Assembly (NCBI GenBank): GCA_021772435.1
Contig: JAJFLZ010000037.1
Span: forward strand, 129,260-193,259
DNA: 64,000 nucleotides
Reading direction: 5' to 3'
Origin: Chlamydiota bacterium
GTDB lineage: Bacteria; Chlamydiota; Chlamydiia; Chlamydiales; JACKPQ01
This document shows positions 10,030-19,396 of the stretch, piece by piece. The notes beneath the pieces were generated by a model. The model saw only the letters and a list, made by a program, of their open reading frames with translations, searched no databases and had not been told where the DNA came from. Both the position numbers and the translations under genes were made by a program. The stretch's first letter is position 1, and the number at the start of each line of letters is the position of its first letter.

Positions 10030-10929
10030 AAGTGCTGCTTTTAAATGTTTATCATGTAAAGCCACGATATTTTTAAAAAGAGTTATCCATATTTTTTTAG
10101 TTTTTTGTCTTTTTCCTTTTTTTTCTAAATGGGTTAAAAGGTCGGAAAAATCAGGATCACGCCATATACGAAACAAGAGATCTCCACTGAAAAAAACGGG
10201 CCAATTTTCAATTCTGTCAGTCAAAGATTTGGGGGACTTTTGAAACATATCTTTTTTAAAATAATAGTGTTGCGTTAGATGAATTGGGCATTTTTTGCCA
10301 ATGTAAAACCGCTTTACATCTGAGATGAGCTCGAGTTGGTCGTATATCCACCCTTTTCCCCTAGGGTCAATGTTTGTATAGTAGCTTGGGAATTTTCGCA
10401 GATGCCTTTCAGAATCGGATAATCTTCGCTTATTAAAATTTTTTTCATGCAAAATCCAAACCAATAAATACCCCGTTCTTGCATACGCTTTTTGTCTGGC
10501 TCTCACTTCAAATAGTGAGATCGGTGAGCATTGGACTTCAAAAATGAGTTTTTTTGATGGCACGACGACATCAGCAAAGCGGTTAACTTCAGGAAAGTAA
10601 TGTTCCATATGTGCATCGGGAAATATTTTTTTTAACCGGAGCTGGGTTTGTAGGTGGTAAGGACTTTTGCTGTGATTTGTGCAGTTTGTTTTTGGATTAG
10701 GGTGGAAAAAGTGCAGCTGATATTGCTTTCCTCCTCGCAAACGAACAGTTCCCTGGCACCCGGGACAGGTGTAGTCTTTCCCTTTTTGGGCATAAAGCGC
10801 AATCACGCTTTTTCCGTCTTCTAGCGCTATTAGTTGCATAGATAACCGATTGTAAAGAAATGTTTGTTTTTTTGGTGCTAAATATATATGATCCGGGGGA
10901 TTGACAAAAAGCGCCTCAATGCGAGACAA
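10006..10929 (-). CDS. coiA: CoiA-like competence protein family (zinc-ribbon plus PD-(D/E)XK-like nuclease core)
   Basis: YTCPGCQGTVRLRGGKQYQLHFFH, SPYHLQTQLRL, EHYFPEVNRFADVVV, LIFEVQCSPIS, GYLLVWIL. These follow the motif order I recall for streptococcal/Bacillus CoiA (CPxCG..V.LR.G....HF.H; ES.EH; E.YLPEI.Q.ADVLV; EVQCSPLS; GY.V.WLL). Confidence 0.7.
   Translation of the reverse strand: MSRIEALFVNPPDHIYLAPKKQTFLYNRLSMQLIALEDGKSVIALYAQKGKDYTCPGCQGTVRLRGGKQYQLHFFHPNPKTNCTNHSKSPYHLQTQLRLKKIFPDAHMEHYFPEVNRFADVVVPSKKLIFEVQCSPISLFEVRARQKAYARTGYLLVWILHEKNFNKRRLSDSERHLRKFPSYYTNIDPRGKGWIYDQLELISDVKRFYIGKKCPIHLTQHYYFKKDMFQKSPKSLTDRIENWPVFFSGDLLFRIWRDPDFSDLLTHLEKKGKRQKTKKIWITLFKNIVALHDKHLKAALLRNAKRS
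10301..10319. repeat. Palindromic element copy (ATGTAAAACCGCTTTACAT), inside the coiA-like gene, read in frame as DVKRFYI
   Basis: The 32 nt at 10292-10323 match the reverse complement of 1630-1661 at 29/32. Confidence 0.9.
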
Positions 10930-10968
10930 TTACCTTCCCAGGCAGTGCCATTTTCATTTTAGGAGCCT

Positions 10969-12630
10969 ATGAGCAAACCCAGTTTTGGAACCTTTGACCC
11001 TCAGCATCAACAAAAAATTGAAGAACTTGTTGCAATTGCTAAAGATCAAGGGTTTGTCACCTATGAAGAAATAAACGAAATTCTTCCCATGACTTTCGAC
11101 TCCCCTGAGCAGATTGACCACGTGTTGATCTACCTCAGTGGAATGGATATTCAAATCCTCAATCAAGCGGAAGTGGATAGACAAAAAGAGCGGAAGAAAG
11201 AAGCCAAAGAGATGGAAGGCTTACCGAAGCGCACTGAAGGATCATCGGATGATCCTGTACGCATGTATCTCAAAGAGATGGGATCGGTTCCTCTACTCAC
11301 GCGTGAAGAAGAAGTTGAAATTTCAAAGCGTATTGAAAAAGCGCAGCTTCAAATTGAAAGAATTATCATGCGTTTTCGCTACTCTGCTAGAGAAACCATT
11401 TCAATCTGTCACTACCTTGTTTCAGGAAAAGATCGCTTCGACAAGATCATTGCAGAAAAAGAAATCGAAGACAAAGCTGTCTTTTTAAAACTACTTCCAA
11501 GATTACGTGAACTGTTGCTCGAAGAAGATCAAATGCTAGAGTCACAACTTGTTCAATTGCGTAATAACAAGCTGAAAAAAGTTGATCGCGTTAAAATCAC
11601 TGAAGAAATCGAAAAGAGCCGTATTCGTACCCAAGCTTATCTTCGCCGCATGCACTTTCGCCATAATATTATTGACGACTTTGGTGAAGTCATCATGGCA
11701 GCGTATGAGCGATTTACCGCTCTAGAAAAAGAAATTCAAGAATTGGTGCCCAGAGCAGAGAAAAACCGCTTTGCAGCAGCTAAACTTAAGGCAGCACAGC
11801 GCCGGCTTTACAAGCGCGAGCTAGCTGCAGGCCGCACACTAGACGAGTTTAAAAAAGACGTGCGTATGTTGCAACGTTGGATGGATAAGAGCCAAGAAGC
11901 CAAGCGCGAAATGGTCGAATCCAACCTCCGTCTCGTTATCTCGATTGCGAAAAAATACACTAACCGTGGTTTGTCTTTCCTCGACCTGATTCAAGAAGGC
12001 AACATGGGCCTTATGAAAGCGGTAGAAAAGTTTGAATATCGCCGAGGTTACAAATTTTCAACTTATGCCACTTGGTGGATTCGCCAAGCAGTCACACGAG
12101 CGATTGCAGATCAAGCTCGCACGATTCGTATTCCAGTGCACATGATCGAAACGATCAATAAGGTGCTGCGGGGTGCAAAAAAGCTCATGATGGAGACAGG
12201 CCGTGAACCCACTCCAGAAGAGCTGGCTGATGAGCTTGGTTTAACTCCTGAGCGTGTTCGCGAGATTTACAAAATTGCTCAACATCCGATTTCCCTCCAG
12301 GCTGAAGTTGGCGATAATGGTGAAAGTACGTTTGGTGACTTTTTAGAAGATAAAAATACGGAATCACCATCAGAAGCAACTGGTTATGCGATTTTGAAGG
12401 ACAAAATGGGTGAGGTTCTCTCAACACTTACAGATCGAGAGAGAACAGTCCTCATCGAGCGCTTTGGCCTGCTCGATGGTAAACCTAAAACTCTGGAAGA
12501 GGTCGGCTTAAGATTCAACGTGACAAGAGAGCGCGTGCGTCAGATTGAGGCTAAAGCGCTACGTAAAATGCGCCATCCTACGCGAGCTAAACACTTAGAA
12601 GCTTTCATGGAAATGATCGAACACGAGTGA
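10969..12630 (+). CDS. rpoD: Primary RNA polymerase sigma factor (sigma-70/sigma-66)
   Basis: [41 protein letters not shown] (region 2). [30 protein letters not shown] (region 4.2). AGGAG lies upstream of the ATG. Confidence 0.95.
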   Translation: MSKPSFGTFDPQHQQKIEELVAIAKDQGFVTYEEINEILPMTFDSPEQIDHVLIYLSGMDIQILNQAEVDRQKERKKEAKEMEGLPKRTEGSSDDPVRMYLKEMGSVPLLTREEEVEISKRIEKAQLQIERIIMRFRYSARETISICHYLVSGKDRFDKIIAEKEIEDKAVFLKLLPRLRELLLEEDQMLESQLVQLRNNKLKKVDRVKITEEIEKSRIRTQAYLRRMHFRHNIIDDFGEVIMAAYERFTALEKEIQELVPRAEKNRFAAAKLKAAQRRLYKRELAAGRTLDEFKKDVRMLQRWMDKSQEAKREMVESNLRLVISIAKKYTNRGLSFLDLIQEGNMGLMKAVEKFEYRRGYKFSTYATWWIRQAVTRAIADQARTIRIPVHMIETINKVLRGAKKLMMETGREPTPEELADELGLTPERVREIYKIAQHPISLQAEVGDNGESTFGDFLEDKNTESPSEATGYAILKDKMGEVLSTLTDRERTVLIERFGLLDGKPKTLEEVGLRFNVTRERVRQIEAKALRKMRHPTRAKHLEAFMEMIEHE

Positions 12631-12672
12631 TACTAGTTATCAGAAGATAAGTTTCAGAATGGGTTGATCGTA

Positions 12673-12745
12673 TGGAGCGTAACGGAGTCGAACCGTTGAC
12701 CTCAACAATGCCATTGTTGCGCTCTACCAACTGAGCTAACGCCCC
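12673..12745 (-). tRNA. tRNA-Ala (anticodon GGC)
   Basis: Reverse complement: GGGGCGTTAGCTCAGTTGGTAGAGCGCAACAATGGCATTGTTGAGGTCAACGGTTCGACTCCGTTACGCTCCA. It has a 7-bp acceptor stem with the G3:U70 Ala identity pair, anticodon stem CAACA/TGTTG, loop AT-GGC-AT, T-loop GGTTCGACTCC and discriminator A. The 3' CCA is not encoded. Confidence 0.93.
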
Positions 12746-12798
12746 TTGTGGGGAATGTCCATTTTACCACATAATGGGGTAACAAGACAAGGACTTGC

Positions 12799-13983
12799 AT
12801 GGTATTCGACCCTTTTGACCGTTACGATATCACTCCCCCTGACCCTATTTTTTTTATCAGTTCTCAAGCAGCAGCAGATCAAAGACCCGAAAAAGTTGAT
12901 CTAACCATCGGTATTTACAAAACAGCTGAGCTCAAATCGATGGTTTTTAAAAGCATCAGAGAAGCTGAAAAAAAACTGCTCGAGAATGAAACAAATAAAG
13001 ATTACTTATCGATTAGCGGTCATCAAGCCCTAATTGATGGATCGATTGATCTTGTTTTTGGTAAGGATCACTGTGAAAGAGCAATTTGTGGGATACAGGC
13101 TTTAGGTGGAACTGGAGCGCTATGTCTTGGAGCCAATTTACTTGCTGAAACCCTTAAGATGCCTGTCTATGTATCAAAGCCCACATGGGTCAATCATCAT
13201 AATGTTTTTTCTAGCGCAGGCTTTATGGTCAAAGATTATTTTTATTACGACCAGAAAACCCAGTCTCTTAATATTGATGCATTTTTTGAGGCCCTAAATA
13301 GAGCAGAAAAAGGTAGTGTTGTCGTTCTCCATGGATGTTGCCATAATCCAAGTGGTGCAGATCCCGATTTGGAGCAATGGAAAGAAATTTCTGATTTATG
13401 TAAAGCCAGGCAGCTAATTCCATTTTTTGACTTAGCTTATCAAGGGTTTGGTCAAGGATTAGAGCAAGATGTGAGAGCTATTCGACTCTTTGCAAAAGAT
13501 GGACATTCCATGCTTGTTGCCCAATCCTTTTCAAAAAACTTAGGGCTTTATGGAGAACGTGTTGGGACTTTACTTGTTTTAACATCTGAAAAAAGTGGTG
13601 TGATAAGTCATTTAAAAGCTATTGCAAGAGCTTCATATTCAAATCCTCCTCGTCATGGTGGATTGATAGCAGCTCACGTGTTATCAGATCCTCATTTGCG
13701 ATCTATCTGGGAAGATGAATTGAATTATATGAGACAAAGAGTTAATTCCACGCGTGAACACCTAGCAGATGCTTTAGCAAAGTCTTGTCCTAATCACGAT
13801 TTTAGTTATTTAAAAGAGCGCAATGGGATGTTCTGCTACCTGGACTTAACAAAAGATCATATTGAAAGTTTAAAAACTGAAAAAGCTATTTATTTGACTC
13901 AGTCGGGCCGCATTAATGTAACAGGGCTAAATGAACAAAATGTCGTCTACGTAGCTGACTCAATCGCGAGTGTTTTGGAATGA
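12799..13983 (+). CDS. aspC: Aspartate/aromatic-amino-acid aminotransferase (class I, AspC/TyrB type)
   Basis: HGCCHNPSGADP, SFSKNLGLYGERVG (PLP lysine motif), YSNPPRHG. Confidence 0.9.
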   Translation: MVFDPFDRYDITPPDPIFFISSQAAADQRPEKVDLTIGIYKTAELKSMVFKSIREAEKKLLENETNKDYLSISGHQALIDGSIDLVFGKDHCERAICGIQALGGTGALCLGANLLAETLKMPVYVSKPTWVNHHNVFSSAGFMVKDYFYYDQKTQSLNIDAFFEALNRAEKGSVVVLHGCCHNPSGADPDLEQWKEISDLCKARQLIPFFDLAYQGFGQGLEQDVRAIRLFAKDGHSMLVAQSFSKNLGLYGERVGTLLVLTSEKSGVISHLKAIARASYSNPPRHGGLIAAHVLSDPHLRSIWEDELNYMRQRVNSTREHLADALAKSCPNHDFSYLKERNGMFCYLDLTKDHIESLKTEKAIYLTQSGRINVTGLNEQNVVYVADSIASVLE

Positions 13984-15023
13984 AAAAACCATTTTTTCGG
14001 TCATATTTAATTTTAGGAGCATTTCTTTTTCTATCATTATGTATGCCTGAAAAAGGTTCTAATTTGCTGCGCTCTGGTTTTGTAGGACTATCGATCCCTC
14101 TTTTTAAGACAGCAAGATGGATTGCGCATTCTAGTCTATCGACAACCTCACCAATTCAATCTCAAAAGTTGCAAGAGCAAGTCGAAAAATTACAAATCGA
14201 AAACTTAACTCTGCGCACCCAAATTGATCGAATGTATGCTTGGCTTGAACAAGAAGAGCATTTGGAAAGCATTACTGAAAACGAAAGACTATCCGACGAG
14301 AGAGTAGGTGCGGTAAAAGCAGCTCTGCAACAACAGAGTCAGTTTCTGCCTGCGAGGGTCGTTTTTCGCGAACCAGCATCTTGGAGTAGCTTTGTTTGGA
14401 TCGATATTGGAAGCTGTGAAAATAAACGGATAGGTTTTGACTTAGTAGCAGAAAATAGCCCGGTGATATCTGGATCTGCATTGATTGGACTTGTTGAATA
14501 TGTTGGTCATAACCGCTCAAAAGTCAGATTGATCACAGACAGGCTATTAACACCTGCCGTGACTATTACAAACCATCAAGCTCAGCATAGATTTTTGTTA
14601 GACCATATCGACCCGCTTGTGCGATTACTTCCCCTTCAGCAACACTTGTTTCAAAATGATGACTGCGCTGCAAGTGTTCAGGTTTTGAATCGCATCCAGG
14701 AGCAGATTGTGACCAAGGACGGATCTGCACGGCCAGCAAAAGGCTTTGTCGAAGGTTTAAGTGAACCTCTTTGGCGACTTGGAAATCAAAAGCTGAAGGG
14801 TCTTGGCTTTTTTCAAAGCGACACATCTCAATTTAATGTCGGTGATCTGATTCAAACATCTGGATTAGATGGCGTTTTTCCAGCTGGACTAATCGTTGGT
14901 GCTATTTCAAACGTAGATACAATTAAAAAAGGCGACGCTACCTATCGCTTTACCGTAGAGCTGGCCGTTGCTAATTTAGACGAGCTTGCAACTGTCCACG
15001 TCATCCCTCCATGCCGCCGGTAA
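13980..15023 (+). CDS. mreC: Rod-shape/cell-wall organizer MreC
   Basis: N-terminal TM, coiled coil LQEQVEKLQIENLTLRTQIDRM, C-terminal GDLIQTSGLDGVFPAGLIVGAI. The ATGA start overlaps the aspC stop. Confidence 0.8.
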   Translation: MKKPFFRSYLILGAFLFLSLCMPEKGSNLLRSGFVGLSIPLFKTARWIAHSSLSTTSPIQSQKLQEQVEKLQIENLTLRTQIDRMYAWLEQEEHLESITENERLSDERVGAVKAALQQQSQFLPARVVFREPASWSSFVWIDIGSCENKRIGFDLVAENSPVISGSALIGLVEYVGHNRSKVRLITDRLLTPAVTITNHQAQHRFLLDHIDPLVRLLPLQQHLFQNDDCAASVQVLNRIQEQIVTKDGSARPAKGFVEGLSEPLWRLGNQKLKGLGFFQSDTSQFNVGDLIQTSGLDGVFPAGLIVGAISNVDTIKKGDATYRFTVELAVANLDELATVHVIPPCRR

Positions 15024-15030
15024 TCTCATA

Positions 15031-15076
15031 ACTGATGTTACGCGCAAATGAATCCAGATATGCGCGTAAGGTCAGT
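15031..15076. mobile_element. Collapsed 46-bp copy of the MITE-like element found at 44645-44806
   Basis: Arms ACTGATGTTACGCGCA / TGCGCGTAAGGTCAGT match at 14/16 as inverted repeats, separated by 14 nt. The reverse complement of this copy matches the first 34 nt of the 44.6-kb copy at 30/34. CATA lies immediately on both sides. Confidence 0.55.
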
Positions 15077-15119
15077 CATAAGTTGTGGTTAACAGCATCT
15101 TTTTGGTATCCTAAGCGTC

Positions 15120-16091
15120 ATGATTTTTTTTGAAGGTGTCAGCAAACATTTTCAAGATGGTTTAAGTGCAGTCAGCAATCTATCCCTTAACATCGAGAAA
15201 GGTGAAACACTGGCTCTCTTAGGGCGTAGTGGCAGCGGCAAAACAACCATCATGAAAATGATTAATCGTCTCGTGGAGCCAAGTTCAGGCAATGTCTGGG
15301 TGGATGGTCAAGATATTATGACCACATCACCCATCGATCTTAGACGTAAAATTGGTTATTCGATTCAATCTATCGGGCTTTTTCCTCATTTAACCGTTTG
15401 TGAAAACATTGGGCTTGCTCCTAAGTTGCAGGGATGGAATGTTGCAGATATTGAAGAAAGAGTAGACCACTTGCTAGCCCTTATTGGTTTAGAAGAGGTC
15501 AAAATGCGCTATCCACATGAGCTTAGCGGCGGGCAAAAGCAACGTGTAGGTGTGGCAAGAGCACTCGGTGCAGATCCACCTATTATTCTCATGGATGAGC
15601 CCTTTGGAGCTCTTGACCCTATCACTAGGCGCGAGCTGCAAGAAGAGTGTCAACAATTGTTTTCTGATTTGGGAAAAACCGTGGTTTTTGTTACACATGA
15701 TGTGTTCGAAGCTGTCTTGATGGGCGATCGCGTCGCTTTACTTGATCAAGGCAGCCTTATCCAATTATCTTCTCCTGAAGAGCTGATTGAGAATCCCCAC
15801 AACGAGATTGCTTATCAATTTATCGAACATCACCGTTTTCAGCTCTCTCTTTTGACACAAACATTGAAAAAAAGGTTAAAGCTACTACAAACAAAACCTC
15901 AGCAGGATTTGGGGTACAAGCTGACAACCCGCGACTCTCTAATCGAGGCGTTAGACTTATTTAAACAAACAGGACAAAATTCATTGCCGGTTTTTTCTGG
16001 CAAGAATTACTATGGCATTTTGCGAAAAGATGTTCTTCTAGATGAGATTATTGATTTGCTCATGCGTGAAAAGCAGGAGGTGGCATGTTAG
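15120..16091 (+). CDS. ABC transporter ATP-binding protein, osmoprotectant (OpuCA/ProV-like) type with C-terminal CBS-like region
   Basis: GRSGSGKTT (Walker A), LSGGQKQRVGVARAL (signature), ILMDEPFGALD (Walker B). The C-terminal ~90 aa resemble a CBS module. Confidence 0.88.
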   Translation: MIFFEGVSKHFQDGLSAVSNLSLNIEKGETLALLGRSGSGKTTIMKMINRLVEPSSGNVWVDGQDIMTTSPIDLRRKIGYSIQSIGLFPHLTVCENIGLAPKLQGWNVADIEERVDHLLALIGLEEVKMRYPHELSGGQKQRVGVARALGADPPIILMDEPFGALDPITRRELQEECQQLFSDLGKTVVFVTHDVFEAVLMGDRVALLDQGSLIQLSSPEELIENPHNEIAYQFIEHHRFQLSLLTQTLKKRLKLLQTKPQQDLGYKLTTRDSLIEALDLFKQTGQNSLPVFSGKNYYGILRKDVLLDEIIDLLMREKQEVAC

Positions 16092-16732
16092 AGGACATTG
16101 TCATTAAAACATTCCATCACTTAGAGCTCACATTTATTTCGCTATTCATTGCAATGGCTTTGGCTGTTCCCCTGGGTATCCGTTTAGCTCGCATCCGTTC
16201 TAAAAAACTAGCTGAAATTATCCTGCGATTTATCGCTATTTTGCAAACCGTTCCAGGACTTGCACTGATGGCTTTGATTATCGTTCTCCTATCCGTGATT
16301 CGACCCATTCTTCCTCTGCCGACAACTGGCGTTTTACCATCCACGATTATACTCACTGTTTATGCGTTTATACCTATCTGCAGCTCTACCTACACTGGAC
16401 TCAAACAAGTGAGTCATTCCATGATTGAAATTGCTGATGGAATGGGAATGACGCAGCGCCAAAAACTTTTCTGGGTAGAAATCCCTCTAGCGTTACCCGT
16501 TGTCATGGCGGGCATACGTATGGCCTTAGTTTGGACAATAGGCCTTGTCACGCTCACAAGTCTTGTTGGCTCTGGCGGTCTCGGTGATCTTATTTTGCAA
16601 GGTTTGCGCACCATGCAGCCAAAACTGGTCTTAGCAGGCACGCTGCCTGCGGCAGCGCTTGCGGTCCTATGCGATTGGTTACTCGATAAAGCCGCAACCT
16701 GGATTGTGCCTCAAAAGTTATGCAAGAACTAA
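16085..16732 (+). CDS. ABC transporter permease (OpuCB/ProW-like)
   Basis: 215 aa with about 5 TM segments. EAA-loop motif IEIADGMGMTQRQKLFWVEIPLALPVVMAGIR. The start overlaps the ATPase gene by 7 nt. Confidence 0.85.
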   Translation: MLEDIVIKTFHHLELTFISLFIAMALAVPLGIRLARIRSKKLAEIILRFIAILQTVPGLALMALIIVLLSVIRPILPLPTTGVLPSTIILTVYAFIPICSSTYTGLKQVSHSMIEIADGMGMTQRQKLFWVEIPLALPVVMAGIRMALVWTIGLVTLTSLVGSGGLGDLILQGLRTMQPKLVLAGTLPAAALAVLCDWLLDKAATWIVPQKLCKN

Positions 16733-17271
16733 TCTCAGGTGTCTACTATGGCTCAGCACATGGGCTTTACCGTCCGACAAAAAAACTGCCTATTTTATCC
16801 CATCTCGTAACAAATTATTATGCTCTTGGATTGCTCAATGTTGCTTTAAAAAATAGTGAGCATAAACAACTTTCCCTAAAAGCGCGGCTTCTCATAAGTA
16901 GTGGTATGACGCTAGCTTCAATTGGCATCTGTGCACTTGCTGACGATGAAAAGGTCACCACGTTCATGCTGCATATTCCAGGCATCATCGCATCATTTAG
17001 TGCTCTTTATGTGGGAGGACCCTTTGGGGCTTATACGCTGTTTACGATTCATTTCAATTCGCTTTTAGAATTCTGGCCAGAACAGACCAAACTCAAATCA
17101 TGCCGCGTGGCGCTTGTGCACTTTTCGATATTAGCACGTGGATCAACCCTCGAAAAAACGGTCGTTTTAGGTCGATATGCGCTCTTTCCCTTTGCTGGTT
17201 ATGATAAAGGCAAAACGATTATTATGGGCAATATATTAGAAGCTGGTCAGACAGTTTTAGAGATCATCTAG
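16720..17271 (+). CDS. Hypothetical integral membrane protein
   Basis: 183 aa with several hydrophobic segments. It overlaps the permease stop by 13 nt and sits where a substrate-binding protein gene would be expected, but it does not look like one. Confidence 0.45.
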   Translation: MQELISGVYYGSAHGLYRPTKKLPILSHLVTNYYALGLLNVALKNSEHKQLSLKARLLISSGMTLASIGICALADDEKVTTFMLHIPGIIASFSALYVGGPFGAYTLFTIHFNSLLEFWPEQTKLKSCRVALVHFSILARGSTLEKTVVLGRYALFPFAGYDKGKTIIMGNILEAGQTVLEII

Positions 17272-18342
17272 TTCAGAATAGGTATCGAAATAGTTTGCTA
17301 TAAGTGTTGTCAGAGCATTTTTGATTGTTTCATCATCTGCTGGATCAAAGGTGTAATCGTAGAGATTTTGACGGGCTGTTTGGAAGGCACTTTGGTCCTC
17401 TTCTAAATGGTCTTCCATGATGGAATAGATCTCATGGACTGAATCCATGGGGACGGACAGGCCACAGCGCTGAAGAGGGTTTTCTCTTTCTGGGCCGATG
17501 AAGAACATAGGACGGTTGTAGGTTAAAAAGTCGTAGCCAATGGATGAGCGATCGCCCATGTAAACCCGGATGTTTTCCAAAATAGGGTAGATGAGGGGAA
17601 ATTCGGAAACGAAGTGGACTGATGGGTGATGTTCGTATCTAGCCAAGATCCGTTCCACTTCCATGATGTGTTGAATGCTTAGGTTGGGATGAATTTTAAC
17701 GATGAGGTTATACTCGTCTGGGAGCTCGTCGATGAGTGTTGGGCAGGCGTCGAAAAAGGTCGTAGGCTCGACCCCATCTGACCAAGTGGGTGCATAGAGG
17801 ATAAATTCTTTTTTTTCAGCAAATTGCGATGCGATTTCAGTCTCAAATAAGTTCATGTAAAACTGCTTTACATTACTATGGAGCCGGTGGCGGTAATTAC
17901 CAAGGCCAACTGTCCCCTGCAGATTGTCAAAAACATTGTGATCACGGAAAAAGTCCCGCATCTTCTGACCGTAGACCAATGCATACTTTTCATCCTTGAG
18001 ACTCTGGTTCGAAAGAGATTTTGTGCCCTTATCAGAGCTGCCGTGTGGACACCAGATCGAAAGAACGTGCTTGCCGTAGAGGTGTTTGACACTGAAAAGG
18101 AGTTTAGATAGGAGCATGGTTGGGAGACAGGAAAATACAACGTCGTAGTGCTCTGCAATATGCTTTGCAAGTTCTACTTCATCGACATGAAACACGATGA
18201 GCGTGGGATAGTATTTTTTGGCTATTTGAGACAAGGACTCTTCTGTGACAAGCAAAGGCATTTCCAAAAGAATGCACAAAGGAGCAATGTGATCGAGATG
18301 ATGGAGAGCCTGGCCGTAAATAAATCCAACAGGTGTTCTCAT
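17257..18342 (-). CDS. TagB/TagF-like CDP-alditol phosphotransferase family protein (paralog 1)
   Basis: 361 aa. LYAPTWSDG, KIHPNL and GDRSSIGYDFLTYNRPMFF match the order of Glyphos_transf motifs (YAPT(W/F)R, HP, D.SS...D(F/Y)..L.KP). CPHGSSDKG is shared with the neighbouring paralog. Confidence 0.55.
   Translation of the reverse strand: MRTPVGFIYGQALHHLDHIAPLCILLEMPLLVTEESLSQIAKKYYPTLIVFHVDEVELAKHIAEHYDVVFSCLPTMLLSKLLFSVKHLYGKHVLSIWCPHGSSDKGTKSLSNQSLKDEKYALVYGQKMRDFFRDHNVFDNLQGTVGLGNYRHRLHSNVKQFYMNLFETEIASQFAEKKEFILYAPTWSDGVEPTTFFDACPTLIDELPDEYNLIVKIHPNLSIQHIMEVERILARYEHHPSVHFVSEFPLIYPILENIRVYMGDRSSIGYDFLTYNRPMFFIGPERENPLQRCGLSVPMDSVHEIYSIMEDHLEEDQSAFQTARQNLYDYTFDPADDETIKNALTTLIANYFDTYSELDDL
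17855..17873. repeat. Palindromic element copy (ATGTAAAACTGCTTTACAT), inside TagF-like paralog 1, read as NVKQFYM
   Basis: An exact 19-mer shared (as reverse complement) with the recC copy. Confidence 0.9.
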
Positions 18343-19376
18343 CCAACCTCCAACGGGCTTGTTGTTTGAATAGCAGCTAGAATATCAGAGCGGATATCTT
18401 TTGGTGTACGTTTTTCTCCAAATGCATCCTGGTACAGCTCGTATTGAGCTTGCTTGTATGCATCTGTTTGGATAGTCGTGATGGTATCAAATGGATTTTC
18501 GCCAATTGGTATGCCGCAAACATCCAAGGGTGTTTTGCGGTCTGCTTTATGGAGGAAAAACATGGGTTTGTTAAATGCTAGCACATCGTATCCAATCGAT
18601 GAATAGTCTCCTAAATAAGCGCAGCAGCGATTCAGAATGGGATAAATAGCGGGATAATTGAGCAAGGCTTGAATATTAGGATATTTTTTGCAGTGCTCTA
18701 AGATGTAGTAGGTGTGAGCTGGTTGGTATTTTTCAAGCAACGGATGCAGTTTAATAAGCAGGTTAAAATGTTTTGGCAGAGCTTGAATCATCGACTGGCA
18801 ATGATCTAAAAAAGAGGTGCTATTTTCCGAATCTTTCCAGGTTGGCGCATACAAAATAGTCGGTTGGTTTTTTTCAAACTGAGAAAAAATCTCTCGCTCT
18901 GCTAAGTCGTCAAAATGTCTTTGAAATTGCTTGTAAAATCTGTAGCGATAATTACCGGTGATGACAGTCTTTTGTATCTTTTCGAGCACATTGTGCTGGT
19001 CCAAGTAGCGCAGCATTTGCGGTCCGTAGACGAGATGAATATCGTGTAGCAAATGGGGGTCGATGTGTTTAAATCCATATGTCTTATCAGAGTTGCCATG
19101 CGGACAATAGATAAACCTCATTTGACCACGAAGCAGATGAGCCAGTTCCGTTGTCCATCTTTTTCCTGAAATAAAAAGTGTGTCAAAGTTGGTCTTTAAA
19201 AAATCATGGCCAAAGCTGAGGTGATCGCAATAGATTGTTTCAATTTGTGGATAATGGTTTAATGATAGCTCATACAACGCCGGATCAGTAATGATCAGGG
19301 GTATGTCCATCATATGGCAAAGAGGTGCTAGATGGTCAGGGTGTGTAAAGCTATTGGTTACAGCAGCAGCTCGCAT
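18339..19376 (-). CDS. TagB/TagF-like CDP-alditol phosphotransferase family protein (paralog 2)
   Basis: 345 aa. LYAPTWKDSENS, KLHPLL, GDYSSIGYDVLAFNKPMFF, CPHGNSDK. A 4-nt overlap with paralog 1 indicates co-translation. Confidence 0.55.
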   Translation of the reverse strand: MRAAAVTNSFTHPDHLAPLCHMMDIPLIITDPALYELSLNHYPQIETIYCDHLSFGHDFLKTNFDTLFISGKRWTTELAHLLRGQMRFIYCPHGNSDKTYGFKHIDPHLLHDIHLVYGPQMLRYLDQHNVLEKIQKTVITGNYRYRFYKQFQRHFDDLAEREIFSQFEKNQPTILYAPTWKDSENSTSFLDHCQSMIQALPKHFNLLIKLHPLLEKYQPAHTYYILEHCKKYPNIQALLNYPAIYPILNRCCAYLGDYSSIGYDVLAFNKPMFFLHKADRKTPLDVCGIPIGENPFDTITTIQTDAYKQAQYELYQDAFGEKRTPKDIRSDILAAIQTTSPLEVG

Positions 19377-19396
19377 GCTCCTAGTATATCATAAGA

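Noticed and set aside
11138-11488. 116-aa ORF in an alternative frame inside rpoD
   Set aside because: It is fully nested in a gene with unambiguous sigma-70 motifs. Its Lys/Arg-rich translation is typical of an off-frame reading of a Glu/Lys-rich region.
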